The notes under the pieces were generated by a model. That model did no database searches. It was not told the DNA's origin and saw nothing but the letters and a program-made list of their open reading frames with translations. Source: Candidatus Krumholzibacteriia bacterium (lineage in GTDB: Bacteria; Krumholzibacteriota; Krumholzibacteriia; JAJRXK01). Taken from it: a DNA stretch of 64,000 bases. How positions within the stretch are numbered: the stretch's first letter is position 1; each line of letters begins with the position of its first letter. Where the stretch lies: the NCBI GenBank assembly GCA_041484665.1, contig JBGPIA010000013.1, forward strand, positions 1 to 64,000, given 5' to 3'. A program made the position numbers and the translations under genes. Shown here one piece after another: positions 39,233-49,065 of this stretch.

Positions 39233-40417
39233 TTGGCTCGACCGACCCACGCAGTGGGCGCCCTCACGAGCGCGGTCCTGCTGTCTGCATGCGCGCATTG
39301 GTCGCCCCCGAGCAGCGTGAACCCGTCGCCGCACGCGGGCGATTGGGAGGCTGCCACGCGCTTCGCAACACGCGTGGACTCTCTTCGATTGGCCTCGCGC
39401 ATTCCGGGGTTGGCGATCGTCGTTCTGCGCGATACGACGGTCATCCTGGCACGCGGTTTCGGCTACGCCGATCTGGCGCGCGCCGTGCCCGTTACACCGG
39501 AGACGCCATTCAACATCGCCTCAGTGACAAAGCCGATCTCCGCTGTCGTTGCACTGCGCCTGGTGGAGCGCGGCCTGCTCGATTTGGATCGACCGTTGAC
39601 TACATACGATGGCTTCGCGGACTTCTGCACGGAAGTCCGGGGAGCGGGCGGCATCTTCTTCCGCGACTACGAGTGCGATCGTTACCCCCTGACGCTGCGT
39701 CACGTGCTGTCGATGACGGCGAATGGCGTGCCCGGTACGCACTTCCTCTACAATCCACCGTCATATTCGTGGGCATCCCGGCCCATGGCCCAAGTCAGTG
39801 GCACTTCGTTCTCGGAGCTGACGGCGAGCGAAGTGTTTGCACCAGCCGGTATGACGCACTCGGCGCGCATCCATCGGCGGCTCCCGTTGCCACCCGCTAT
39901 GGCAAGCCAGCTCGCGACGCCCTATCACGTAGACTCAACAGGGCGCATCGTGCCGTCTGATCCGCCGCCGCCCCAGGGCGACGGCGCAGCAGGCGGCGTG
40001 ATCTCGACTGCCATGGATCTGGCGCGCTTCGATGTCGCGCTCACCCAGGGCCGTCTTCTCTCTCCGGCGTCACTACATGCCATGTGGTCGGCGGGGCGCT
40101 CACCCTCGGGGATGGTGTTGCCGTATGGCCTCGGATGGTTCGTCCAAGAGTATGTCGACGAGCCGCTGCTCTGGCACTCGGGCTTATGGGAAAGCGCCTA
40201 CTCCGCCCTCTATCTCAAAGCACCGACCCGTCACCTCACCCTCATTCTGCTCGCCAACTCCGACGGGCTGAATTGGGACAACGGCTTGGACGAGGCGGCG
40301 GTCCACCGGTCGCCGTTCGTGACCGCCTTCTTGGCGGCGTTCCCACGCAAGGTGCTCGGCCAGCGTCGCCGGAGAGGCCCGCCGAACAGCTGTTGCCTAA
40401 CAGGGCGTTGCACTTGA
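39233..40417 (+). CDS. Serine hydrolase (beta-lactamase fold) lipoprotein
   Basis: LSAC lipobox, FNIASVTK, FLYN and WHSG motifs. The C-terminus reads into the attC-like site. Confidence 0.85.
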   Translation: MARPTHAVGALTSAVLLSACAHWSPPSSVNPSPHAGDWEAATRFATRVDSLRLASRIPGLAIVVLRDTTVILARGFGYADLARAVPVTPETPFNIASVTKPISAVVALRLVERGLLDLDRPLTTYDGFADFCTEVRGAGGIFFRDYECDRYPLTLRHVLSMTANGVPGTHFLYNPPSYSWASRPMAQVSGTSFSELTASEVFAPAGMTHSARIHRRLPLPPAMASQLATPYHVDSTGRIVPSDPPPPQGDGAAGGVISTAMDLARFDVALTQGRLLSPASLHAMWSAGRSPSGMVLPYGLGWFVQEYVDEPLLWHSGLWESAYSALYLKAPTRHLTLILLANSDGLNWDNGLDEAAVHRSPFVTAFLAAFPRKVLGQRRRRGPPNSCCLTGRCT

Positions 40418-40492
40418 CGAGGCGGCAAGCGCGCACGAGCGTGGAGAGCGGCGGCGTTTGCCGCTTCGCAAGTGAACGCCAGTGCGATGGAC
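40395..40492 (+). repeat. Near-canonical attC-like site
   Basis: R'' GCCTAAC, then GGCGTT(G)CACTTG(A)CGAGGCGGC pairing with GCCGCTTCGCAAGTGAACGCC with two extrahelical bases. R' is GATGGAC (GTT core mutated). Confidence 0.75.
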
Positions 40493-40496
40493 AGGC

Positions 40497-41384
40497 CTAT
40501 CGTCCGACGTCGGCGGCGCTCCTGGCTGCGACCTGGCGGACGATGCGCCGCACGTCGTTGAAACGGGTCGGGGAGTTCGGGGCGCCCAGCACGACGGCAA
40601 TCAGGTCGCGGCCGTCGTCCCGCAGCCAGGTCGCCACGCAGAAGCCCGCCGCGCCGATGTGGCCGGTCTTGCCACCCACGACCTCGTAGCGGTCGTAGAC
40701 CATGCGATTCGTGTTGCTCAGGTCGTGGGAGCGCCGGCTCGCGCTCACGAAGTGGTACTCGCGCGTGGTCATGATCCGGCGCAGAAGTGAATCCCCCGCG
40801 GCAGCGCGCAGGAGCGCTGCGACCTCGACGGCAGTGGAGACATTGCCCGGATCGAGCCCCGCCGGATCCACGAAACGCGTGTGGGCCAGCCCGAGCTCGC
40901 TCGCCCGCCCATTCATGCGGCCGACGAAGTCGTCCAACGGCAGCCCGGAGCCGCGGGCGAGCGCGCGCGTGGCGGCGTTGTCCGAGATCATGAGGCTCAT
41001 GCGCAGCAGATCGCCGATGCGGACGTGCTCCCGCCGGGTGAGATGCGTGTGGCCGGCGCCGTGCCGGTCGTCGAGCGTGATCTCGACGACCTGGTCCAGG
41101 TCCGGGTGCTGCTCGAGCAGGACGAGCGCCGTCATGAGCTTGGTGAGGCTCGCGATCGGCACCTCCGCGCCGGGATCCTTCTCGAACAGCGTGGTGCCGG
41201 TCTGCGGGTCGATCGCCACGGCATTGCGCGCGTAGACGCCGCCGGGGGGGCCGGGGCGGTAGCGCCCGCGCCTGACGCGGTTGGAGGCCGAGCCGTCCGA
41301 GGGCGACAGGGCCAGCAGGGCGAACAGGGCCAGCGCGGCCATCAAGGTGAGGACGATCGAGCTGCGCGAGGAGCGTGGCCGCAT
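40497..41384 (-). CDS. Peptidase S11 D-Ala-D-Ala carboxy/endopeptidase (PbpG-like)
   Basis: IASLTK, SDN and KTG motifs, with a signal peptide. Confidence 0.9.
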   Translation of the reverse strand: MRPRSSRSSIVLTLMAALALFALLALSPSDGSASNRVRRGRYRPGPPGGVYARNAVAIDPQTGTTLFEKDPGAEVPIASLTKLMTALVLLEQHPDLDQVVEITLDDRHGAGHTHLTRREHVRIGDLLRMSLMISDNAATRALARGSGLPLDDFVGRMNGRASELGLAHTRFVDPAGLDPGNVSTAVEVAALLRAAAGDSLLRRIMTTREYHFVSASRRSHDLSNTNRMVYDRYEVVGGKTGHIGAAGFCVATWLRDDGRDLIAVVLGAPNSPTRFNDVRRIVRQVAARSAADVGR

Positions 41385-41609
41385 GGGCACCTTTCGCGAG
41401 GGTGGGTTCCGGGGGAGGGGGCACCGCGTGCCGCCCTCCTCCTGCCGCCGGATCTCAGGGATAGAGGGATAGAATGAAGGCATAGCGAACGACGGGCCAA
41501 TGTAGGAGCGCTCGCGGCCAGGCGTCAACCGGACGATAGGCCAGGACCCGATTCCTAGAGTACGATCATACGATCAAAGGGCTCCCCTCGTGCCCCCCCC
41601 GGAACGCCC

Positions 41610-42332
41610 GTGGATCCAGAGCGCTGGCAGCGCATCCAGGAGCTCTTCGACGCGGCCCTCCCGCTGGGCGCGTCCGAGCGTGCGGATTTCCTCGACCGCG
41701 CTTGCGCGAGCGATGCCGATCTGCGCTCCGAACTCGCGACGCTGCTGCGACTTCACGACGGCGATCCGGCCTTTCTCGAGGAGCCTGCCAGCCCTCTGCC
41801 GATCGCGCCGGGGGCGAACCCGCAGGTGGATCTCAGGGAGATCCTGAAGGCGGATGATCGGCGGAAGGATCTCAGCGCCACGCCGGGGCCCGCCCCGGGG
41901 GCCGCGCCGGGGCCCGCGCCGGGAGCTAGCCCGATGGCCGTGCCGGGGCCCGCCCCGGGGCCCGCACCAGGAGCCGTCCCGGGGGCTAGCCGGATGGCCG
42001 TCCCGATAGCCGTCCCGGGGGCCGCTGCAGGCCCAGGCCGGGTGTTCGATCCGGCAATCCAGCTGGAGACCGACCCGCTGCAAGGCACGATGGTCGGCCC
42101 CTACCGCATCTTGCAGCGCCTGGGCGACGGCCTCGGCGGTCGCAACAGAGTCAACGTCCGCGTTTTCGGCGGACTCACGACCGACGAGACGGCCGAGGTC
42201 CTGCAAGTGGCACCCATGACGGTGAAACGGGCGTGGCTGCTAGCCAAGGCGTGGATTCGCAGGATGCGCAGGGAGATCGACGAGGGGGACGCCGGCGAGG
42301 GGGATGCCGGCGAGCGAGAGGCGCAATCGTGA
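41610..42332 (+). pseudogene. Chimeric remnant: Ser/Thr kinase N-terminus fused to ECF sigma region 4
   Basis: MDPERWQRIQELFDAAL...ERADFLDRAC...VGPYRILQRLG is joined to FGGLTTDETAEVLQVAPMTVKRAWLLAKAW. Confidence 0.7.
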
Positions 42333-45052
42333 TCGGTCGCCGAGTCGCTCACTACGAGATCGTCGAGCGGATCGGCGCGGGTGGGATGGGCGAAGTCTAC
42401 CGCGCGCGGGATACCACGCTCGGCCGCGACGTCGCCCTGAAGTTCCTGCCGGCGCCCCTGGCGTCCGATGCAGAGCGGCTGGCGCAGCTGCGGCGCGAAG
42501 GCAAGCTGCTCGCGTCGCTGAGTCACCCCAACATTGCTGCCATCTTCGGGCTGGAGGATGCGGGAGCCGACCACTTCCTCGTGCTCGAGCTGGTGCCAGG
42601 CGCGAGTCTCGCCGAGCGGCTGCGCGACGGGCCCTTGCCGGTGGCGCAGGTTCTGGAGGCCGGCCTGCAGATCTGCGATGCCCTGGCCGCGGCCCACGGA
42701 CAGAACCTGATCCACCGCGACCTGAAGCCGGGAAACGTGATGCTCCGTCCCGACGGGCGGGTCATCGTGTTGGACTTCGGCCTGGCGAAGGCGCTCGCCA
42801 GCGGGCCGGCGGCAGCGGACGGCGCTGGCGCGGGTGGCGCGGCTGCGACCTCGACTGCGGCTGCGACCGCGACTGCGACCTCGATCGGGTCGCCGCTGGC
42901 GGCCTCGGGCGGCGCGGCTGGCGCTGCCGCCGGCGCTGCGGCCGGCGACGCGCGCTGGGGGGGCACACCTCTCTATATGAGCCCCGAGCAGATCCGCGGG
43001 CGGGCCGTCGACACGCGGACCGATTTGTGGTCGCTCGGCTGCGTGCTGTACGAGTGTCTGACCGGGCACCCACCGTTTCACGGAGCCAGCGTCATGGACA
43101 TCCTCGGCTCGATCCTCAGCGACGAGCCGGAGTGGGGGGCGCTGCCTGCGGATGCCCCTGCCTCGTTGCGCACGATCCTGATCGCCTGCCTGCACAAGCC
43201 CGCCGACCGCCGCATCCAGACCGCCCGCGCCCTGCGCGAGCAGCTGCACGACGCGCGCGACCAGCTGCAAGCGCGGTCGCGCTCGGCCACAGCGACCGTG
43301 CGCCGCCTCGTCCAGGTGACCTTCGCGGATGCGGTCGAGGGCTCTCCTACCTGGTCCCCCGACGGGCGCGAGCTGGTCTACACCCTGCAGGTGGGCCGCG
43401 TGCGCAAGCTGATGCGCAAGAACCTCGAGACGGGCGAGACGCAGCAGATCACCCACGGCGAGCACGACGATTGGCAGCCGCGCTGGACGCCCGACGGAGC
43501 GCAGATCCTCTTCACGCGGGCGCGCGAGGCCGGGCGCAAGAGCGAGCCCGGCGACGTGTTCGGCGGTCACTTCGAAGAAGCAGACGTCTGGTGCCTGGGG
43601 CTGGTCACGGGCCGCGAGAACCGGCTCATCGAGAATGCCTACAACCCGGCCGCATCGCCCGACGGCGAGCGCATCGCCGTGGACGCATCGTGGGCAGGGC
43701 CGCGCCGCATCTGGATGGTGGACCGCTCTGGGCGCAACCCGCTGCAGATCACCACCGATACCTCCGAGGCGGTGACGCACGTGAGGCCGCGCTGGTCTCC
43801 CGACGGCCAGCGCATCGTGTTTCAGAACATCGAGCGCACGCAGTTCGACCTGCGGGTCGTCGACGTGCGTACGCGCGACATGCGGTGGCTGACGCGCGAT
43901 CTCTTTCACGACACCGGTCCCGAGTGGTCGCCATGCGGGCGGTTCGTGTACTTCACGTCGGCCTATCGCAGCGGCGGCCTGAATGTCTGGAGAGTCCCGG
44001 TGTCGCCCGAGGGAGCGCCTGCAGGGCCGTTGCAGCAGATCACTTCGGGTGCAGGCCAGGACGTGGAGGTGGCGGTTGCGCCGGACGGCCGCAAGCTGGC
44101 GTTCTCGATCCTGCGCCAGCACGCCTCGATCTGGCGTCTACCCGTCTCGCCCGAGACCGGCATCGCACAGGGCGCGCCCGAGAAGTTGGTCGCGACCACC
44201 CGCGAGGACAGCCGGGGGGCGTGGTCCCCGGATTGCCGTCTCGTGGCGTTCAACTCCGATCGCTCCGGTGACATGAATCTCTGGGTGCAGGAGATCGCAG
44301 GTGGCGGTGTCACGGGTGGCGGCCTGCCTGGTGGTCGCCTGGTGGGTGGTCGCCTGGCGGGCAGTGCCTTGCCTGGTGGTGGACTGCTGCAGATCACACG
44401 CGGACCGGGCGGCGACTACCAGCCGAATTGGTCGCCTGATGGGCGCACGCTCGCCTTCTTCAGCTCGCGCAATGGCAATCCCGGCATTTGGACCGTGGAT
44501 CTCGACTCGCTGCGCCTGCGGTGCCTGTCTCCGGCGGACTGCGTCGAGGTGAATCCCAGCTTTTCCCTCGACGGCGGGCGCATCGCGTACCAGTCCGATC
44601 GCGACGGGCGGCTGGAGGTGTGGGTGATGAACGCCGATGGCAGCGCCCCGCGGCAGCTCACGCGCATCGGCGTGATGGGCCATTTCCTGCGCTGGACTGG
44701 CGATGCACACTGGATTGTCTTCCGCTCACCGGGGCAGGGAAAGGCTGCAACCTACCGCATCGCGGTGGAGGGCGGGGCGGGTGGCGCCACGCCGGAGCAG
44801 CTCCCGGAGGTCATCGGCGGCTCGCACATGTCCTTCTCTCCCGACAGCAATATGATCCTCGATGTGCTCGGCCACCGGACGGTGTGGGTCTCTCCGTTGG
44901 ACGGGCGGCAACCCTGGCGCAGCTTCGAGTTCGACGACGCGGAGGTCCGGATCGACTACCCCGTCTGGTCACCTGACGGGCGCTGGGTGCTGTTCGACCG
45001 GTTCCGGCCGGAGGGTGGGGATATCTGGGTCGCGGAGGGGGTGGACGTGTAG
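42329..45052 (+). CDS. Ser/Thr protein kinase with C-terminal TolB/PD40 beta-propeller
   Basis: GAGGMGEVY, VALK, HRDLKPGN, DFGLA and GTPLYMSPEQ motifs, then multiple PxWSPDG repeats. Confidence 0.93.
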   Translation: MIGRRVAHYEIVERIGAGGMGEVYRARDTTLGRDVALKFLPAPLASDAERLAQLRREGKLLASLSHPNIAAIFGLEDAGADHFLVLELVPGASLAERLRDGPLPVAQVLEAGLQICDALAAAHGQNLIHRDLKPGNVMLRPDGRVIVLDFGLAKALASGPAAADGAGAGGAAATSTAAATATATSIGSPLAASGGAAGAAAGAAAGDARWGGTPLYMSPEQIRGRAVDTRTDLWSLGCVLYECLTGHPPFHGASVMDILGSILSDEPEWGALPADAPASLRTILIACLHKPADRRIQTARALREQLHDARDQLQARSRSATATVRRLVQVTFADAVEGSPTWSPDGRELVYTLQVGRVRKLMRKNLETGETQQITHGEHDDWQPRWTPDGAQILFTRAREAGRKSEPGDVFGGHFEEADVWCLGLVTGRENRLIENAYNPAASPDGERIAVDASWAGPRRIWMVDRSGRNPLQITTDTSEAVTHVRPRWSPDGQRIVFQNIERTQFDLRVVDVRTRDMRWLTRDLFHDTGPEWSPCGRFVYFTSAYRSGGLNVWRVPVSPEGAPAGPLQQITSGAGQDVEVAVAPDGRKLAFSILRQHASIWRLPVSPETGIAQGAPEKLVATTREDSRGAWSPDCRLVAFNSDRSGDMNLWVQEIAGGGVTGGGLPGGRLVGGRLAGSALPGGGLLQITRGPGGDYQPNWSPDGRTLAFFSSRNGNPGIWTVDLDSLRLRCLSPADCVEVNPSFSLDGGRIAYQSDRDGRLEVWVMNADGSAPRQLTRIGVMGHFLRWTGDAHWIVFRSPGQGKAATYRIAVEGGAGGATPEQLPEVIGGSHMSFSPDSNMILDVLGHRTVWVSPLDGRQPWRSFEFDDAEVRIDYPVWSPDGRWVLFDRFRPEGGDIWVAEGVDV

Positions 45053-45208
45053 GGAGCGGCCAACGGCCGCCGGGCTTCAATTGCACGGTGATGGCGGCGG
45101 CGGATCAGATCGAGCGCTACCCCGCCCTCGCGCTGGCGCGGCAGGAACGTGCCGAAAGCGCACTGGCGCTGGGATTCCATGCGTCGGCCGCTGCACATCA
45201 ATTTGCTC

Positions 45209-45238
45209 AGAGCATTGAGCAATTCTGCTCAATGCTCT
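45209..45238. promoter_or_regulatory. Palindrome of the TTGAGY-N6-RCTCAA family
   Basis: AGAGCATTGAGC-AATTCT-GCTCAATGCTCT. It precedes a minus-strand MESQRQ... remnant resembling the ATPase start MEFQRK. Confidence 0.65.
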
Positions 45239-45333
45239 TGGCACCGGTAGAGCCTCCACAGGAGGAGGTCGCGCCCCTCGGGAGGGCCCAGGAGAGACCG
45301 CACGCTGCCGCGCGTGTGTGACCAGCCCGTGGG

Positions 45334-47016
45334 TCAGGTTACCGCCCCCTGCGCGAACCATCTCCGTCGGCGCCGATCGAAGTACACCCACAGCCACCCG
45401 GTCTTCTCGGTGCGCACATAGTGGTACTCGCGGTGGATCTCGCGCACCCACCAGCCGCCGGTGACGACGAACGGACCGATCGCCTCCTGCACCGGGCCGC
45501 CTTCCAAGCCAAGGATCATCCAGCCGTCGGGCTCGTTGCGCTGCTGGCGCGAGAGCGCGAGCGGACGCTGCAGCAAGCGGCGGATGAGTGGGCGGTTGAG
45601 CACGACGCGCGGCTTGGCGTCGGGGAGCGCGGACACTGGCGCGCCGCTTTGGCCTGTGCGCACCGGGTCGCCCGATCCTCCTTCCCATACCTCCCATCCG
45701 AACCGCGCCTCCGGCAGGTGCCCGTCGGTGAGCTGCGCGCGCGCGATCGCGCCATCGCCGAACATCGCCCGCAGCCGCGCGAAGGCGCGGCCGGCCGCCG
45801 CCCGGTCGCGCTGCGGGCTCTGGGGAAAGAGCTCGAGCTGGTCGCGGTCCGGGGCGGCGCCCGCCAGCTGCAGCTCGATCCGGGCCACACCCGAGCCCAG
45901 GCCCCCGTTGAGCTGGAGCGCCTCGAGGCGCAAGCGGATCAGTTCGAGCATCTGCCGCAGGTCGCGAGTGGGGCGCGCAGGGTGGAGGTGATGCTCGATG
46001 GTGGAGGTGGCCGTTCCTGGTGCGGCGGGCCCCGCCGGCCGCTCCGCGGCCCGCCCCGCCCCTCGCGGCGCATCCTCCAACCCCAACCGCAGCGCCAACA
46101 TCGCTACCAGCTGCCGCCGCCGCCCCAGCTCCGCGACCAGCTGCCGCAGCAGCTCCTCGATCACGCGCATCAGCCGCTCCAGGTCGGCTTCTGGGTGGTC
46201 GAGGTGCGCTTTCGCTTCGATCGGCTCCTCCGCTGGCTGTGGTTGCAGCGGCGCCCACATCTCCCCCCGCGCGAGCTGCTGCAGCCGGTGCGCCTGCGGG
46301 CCGAAGCGCTCGAGCACCCCGTCGACCGGCAGGTTCAGGAAACCGCCCAGCGTGCTGATGCCCAGCTGGAGCAGGGCGTCGCGCAGCTGCGGCTCGAAGC
46401 CCAGGCGGTCGAGGGGAATGCCGCGAGCGAGCGCGGCCTCCTGCTGGGCGCTCTCCAGTACCAGGACGCCGGGGTGCCAACCTGAGCTGTCCCGACCGCC
46501 GCCCGCGCGTGGCGTAGCGCGTGGCGTGGCGCACGGTGTGGCCCTGGCCAGGGCGTAGGTCCCAAAGCGTGAGAAGCCGACAACCACCGAGCACAGCCAG
46601 CCCTCGCGCGTGAGGTCGTCGTGGATGAGGCGCGCCCAGCGCTCCAAGGATGGGTGCAGCAGCGAGAGCCCGCTGGCGCCCAGCCAGAAGCCTCCGACAT
46701 CCCTCGTCGCAACCTCCGCCGCCTCGACATCTGCCGTATAGAACCGCAGTCGGGCGGCCAGCTCGGTGACGGCCTGGACGATCTCAGCAGCCCCGACGAT
46801 GCCTGCCCGAAGCTCGCGGCACAGCGCCAGTCCCTGGGCGTAGCGCATCCCGGGCAGGATGCGCAGTCGGTAGGCGTGGGCGTTGACCCAGAGGATCAGG
46901 CCCTGCGGCTTGTCACGGTCGATGACCACGGCGGGGTGGGCGCACCAGTCGCGGTTGCGGCGCAGCAGCAACTGCAGCGGCAGGGCGGGAAGGGTGAGGC
47001 AGGCCAGGTGGTCCAT
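45334..47016 (-). CDS. imuB: ImuB (Y-family polymerase-like mutagenesis protein)
   Basis: ACLTLPALPLQ, PGMRYAQGL, QLELF clamp-binding-like motif and GPFVVTGGWW...REYHY...WLWVY C-terminus. Confidence 0.85.
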   Translation of the reverse strand: MDHLACLTLPALPLQLLLRRNRDWCAHPAVVIDRDKPQGLILWVNAHAYRLRILPGMRYAQGLALCRELRAGIVGAAEIVQAVTELAARLRFYTADVEAAEVATRDVGGFWLGASGLSLLHPSLERWARLIHDDLTREGWLCSVVVGFSRFGTYALARATPCATPRATPRAGGGRDSSGWHPGVLVLESAQQEAALARGIPLDRLGFEPQLRDALLQLGISTLGGFLNLPVDGVLERFGPQAHRLQQLARGEMWAPLQPQPAEEPIEAKAHLDHPEADLERLMRVIEELLRQLVAELGRRRQLVAMLALRLGLEDAPRGAGRAAERPAGPAAPGTATSTIEHHLHPARPTRDLRQMLELIRLRLEALQLNGGLGSGVARIELQLAGAAPDRDQLELFPQSPQRDRAAAGRAFARLRAMFGDGAIARAQLTDGHLPEARFGWEVWEGGSGDPVRTGQSGAPVSALPDAKPRVVLNRPLIRRLLQRPLALSRQQRNEPDGWMILGLEGGPVQEAIGPFVVTGGWWVREIHREYHYVRTEKTGWLWVYFDRRRRRWFAQGAVT

Positions 47017-47051
47017 GGCAGAGTTCCCAATGCCCCGGGGAGGCCGAGATC

Positions 47052-47080
47052 ACTATAGAAGAATTTTGTCTGATAAACAA
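47052..47080 (-). promoter_or_regulatory. imuB sigma70 promoter with candidate LexA box
   Basis: TTGTTT-17 nt-TATAGT, with CAGACAAAATTCT in the spacer. Confidence 0.7.
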
Positions 47081-47237
47081 ACGGTGGAAGAACGCCCCCT
47101 CGTTGCAAGATCGGCGAATGGCCCATGGGCCCGGCCAGGGGCGGCACCACGGCTGCGAGCCGAGCCGGCAGGTCTAAGGAATGTAACCACGCGGATGGCG
47201 TGCGTTCATTTCGCCGACGCTCTACCAGTGTCAAAGT

Positions 47238-47259
47238 CATTGAGTAGATTGACTCAATG
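47238..47259. promoter_or_regulatory. Palindromic operator upstream of the ATPase gene
   Basis: CATTGAGT-AGATTG-ACTCAATG. Confidence 0.65.
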
Positions 47260-47301
47260 CAATGACCCGCCTCCGAGGGCTCCAAGAGCCGTACCCATCC
47301 C

Positions 47302-48591
47302 ATGGAGTTCCAGCGCAAGAAACTGCTCGAGCCTCTCCTGCAACGCATTCATGAGCCTCGGCGCTCCTTGCTCGTGCTCGCCGGGCCGCGTCAGACTGGC
47401 AAGACAACGCTGGCCCTCCAGGCGGCGCGGGCCAGCGGACCGCGGGTGCGATATGCGCCCGCCGACGAGCCATCGCTGCGCGACCGCGTGTGGCTCGAGC
47501 AACAGTGGGACCTGGCCAGGGACCTCGCTCGCCGTGGGGCGCCCGCCGATACGTACCGTGCAGCGGGCCATAGCGGCGTCGGGGAAGCACTTCTGATCCT
47601 CGACGAGGTCCAGAAGATCGAGGGCTGGGCGGACGTGGTGAAAGCGCTGTGGGACGACGACACGGCGACGGGCCTGCCCCTGAGAATCGTGCTGATCGAA
47701 TCGTCCCCCGAGCACATGCAGCGCAGCCTAGACGCGAGCCTCTCCGGACGGTTCGAGCTGATCCATGTGCCGCACTGGTCCTTCGCCGAGATGCGCGATG
47801 CCTTTGGGTGGAGCGTCGACCAGTACATCTGCTTCGGGGGCTATCCCGGCGCGGCGCCCCTGATCGGCGAGCGACAGCGGTGGGCACGATACGTCGCCGA
47901 GTCGATCGTGGAGACCGCGGTGTCGCGCGACGTGCTCCTGACGACAAGGGTCGACAAACCAGCATTGCTGCACCGGCTGCTGCAGCTCGCCTGCGGGCAC
48001 TCGGGGCGGGAGCTCTCGTACCAGAAGATGCTCGGCCGGCTCGTGGACGCCGGCAATACGACGACGCTGGCGCACTATCTCGGGCTGCTGTCGGCGGCGG
48101 GGCTGGTGGCGGGGTTGCAGAAGTTCACCGGCGAGCAGGTACGGCAGCGTGGATCGAGCCCCAAACTGCAGGTATACAACCCAGCGCTCATGACTGCGTC
48201 GATGACCCTGTCGACGACTGCGCCGATGGGGATCGCGGCGGACGCGCCGCCGGCCGCCGCGCAGACCTTGGAGGACGTGCGCCACGATCCCGACCTGTGG
48301 GGTCGCCTCGTGGAGTCCGCCGTCGGGGCCCACCTGCTCAACGCGTCTGGCGCCGGAGGGTACGAGCTCTTCTACTGGCGCGACCGCAACCGCGTTGTGG
48401 ACTTCGTGGCGCGCGGTCAGCGCGGAATGCTCGCCATCGGGGTCAAGAGCAGCCAGCGGCGCCTGGTGGTGCCGGCACTGGAGTCATTTCGCAATGCGAA
48501 CCCGGGCATGCGTGCGCTGCTCATTGGTGGGCGCGGCATGCCGCTGGAAGCCTTCCTGCTGGCCGAGCCCGGGCGGTGGGTGGATGGGTAG
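47302..48591 (+). CDS. AAA_14 ATPase / DUF4143 protein
   Basis: GPRQTGKT, LDEVQK, GGYPG, SSPKLQVYN and YWRDRN.VDFV motifs. Confidence 0.9.
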   Translation: MEFQRKKLLEPLLQRIHEPRRSLLVLAGPRQTGKTTLALQAARASGPRVRYAPADEPSLRDRVWLEQQWDLARDLARRGAPADTYRAAGHSGVGEALLILDEVQKIEGWADVVKALWDDDTATGLPLRIVLIESSPEHMQRSLDASLSGRFELIHVPHWSFAEMRDAFGWSVDQYICFGGYPGAAPLIGERQRWARYVAESIVETAVSRDVLLTTRVDKPALLHRLLQLACGHSGRELSYQKMLGRLVDAGNTTTLAHYLGLLSAAGLVAGLQKFTGEQVRQRGSSPKLQVYNPALMTASMTLSTTAPMGIAADAPPAAAQTLEDVRHDPDLWGRLVESAVGAHLLNASGAGGYELFYWRDRNRVVDFVARGQRGMLAIGVKSSQRRLVVPALESFRNANPGMRALLIGGRGMPLEAFLLAEPGRWVDG

Positions 48592-48818
48592 ATCCGCCGC
48601 GGGTTCAGCTCCGACGCGCTCCGGAGGTGCTAGAGGTCGCCCAGCGGACACTCCACCACGGCCAAAATGGTTGAGCAAAACTACTCGATGTCTTGAGCAA
48701 ATCGACGGGTGACGGGCACCATTCCCCCGCGATTCCGGTAAGCGCTTGCAGGGCGCCATCGTTGCCACTCCCCGGCAGATGGCATTCGAGTCGAAGCTAG
48801 CGACGGCTAGAAAAAGTC

Positions 48819-48847
48819 TTGACCGTGTTCGCTAAGTCAGCTAACAT
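48819..48847 (+). promoter_or_regulatory. sigma70-type promoter for the sigma factor gene
   Basis: TTGACC-17 nt-TAACAT. Confidence 0.55.
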
Positions 48848-49065
48848 ATGGAACAAAGACGCATCCAATCTGGGACAGAAGGGCGTCCCCCCCCCCCGGA
48901 CCCAGAGGACAACCCCCTGGGACGAGCGGACATCCCACCCGGGTCCTGAAATCCGGCGGCCGGCGGCCTGGGCCCCGCCTGCAGATCTGCCTCAGCTCGC
49001 CATGGCCGGCCGAGGCCGCCCACGGGACCGACACTTCAGGATACAGACGCAAGAGGACGGAATCC

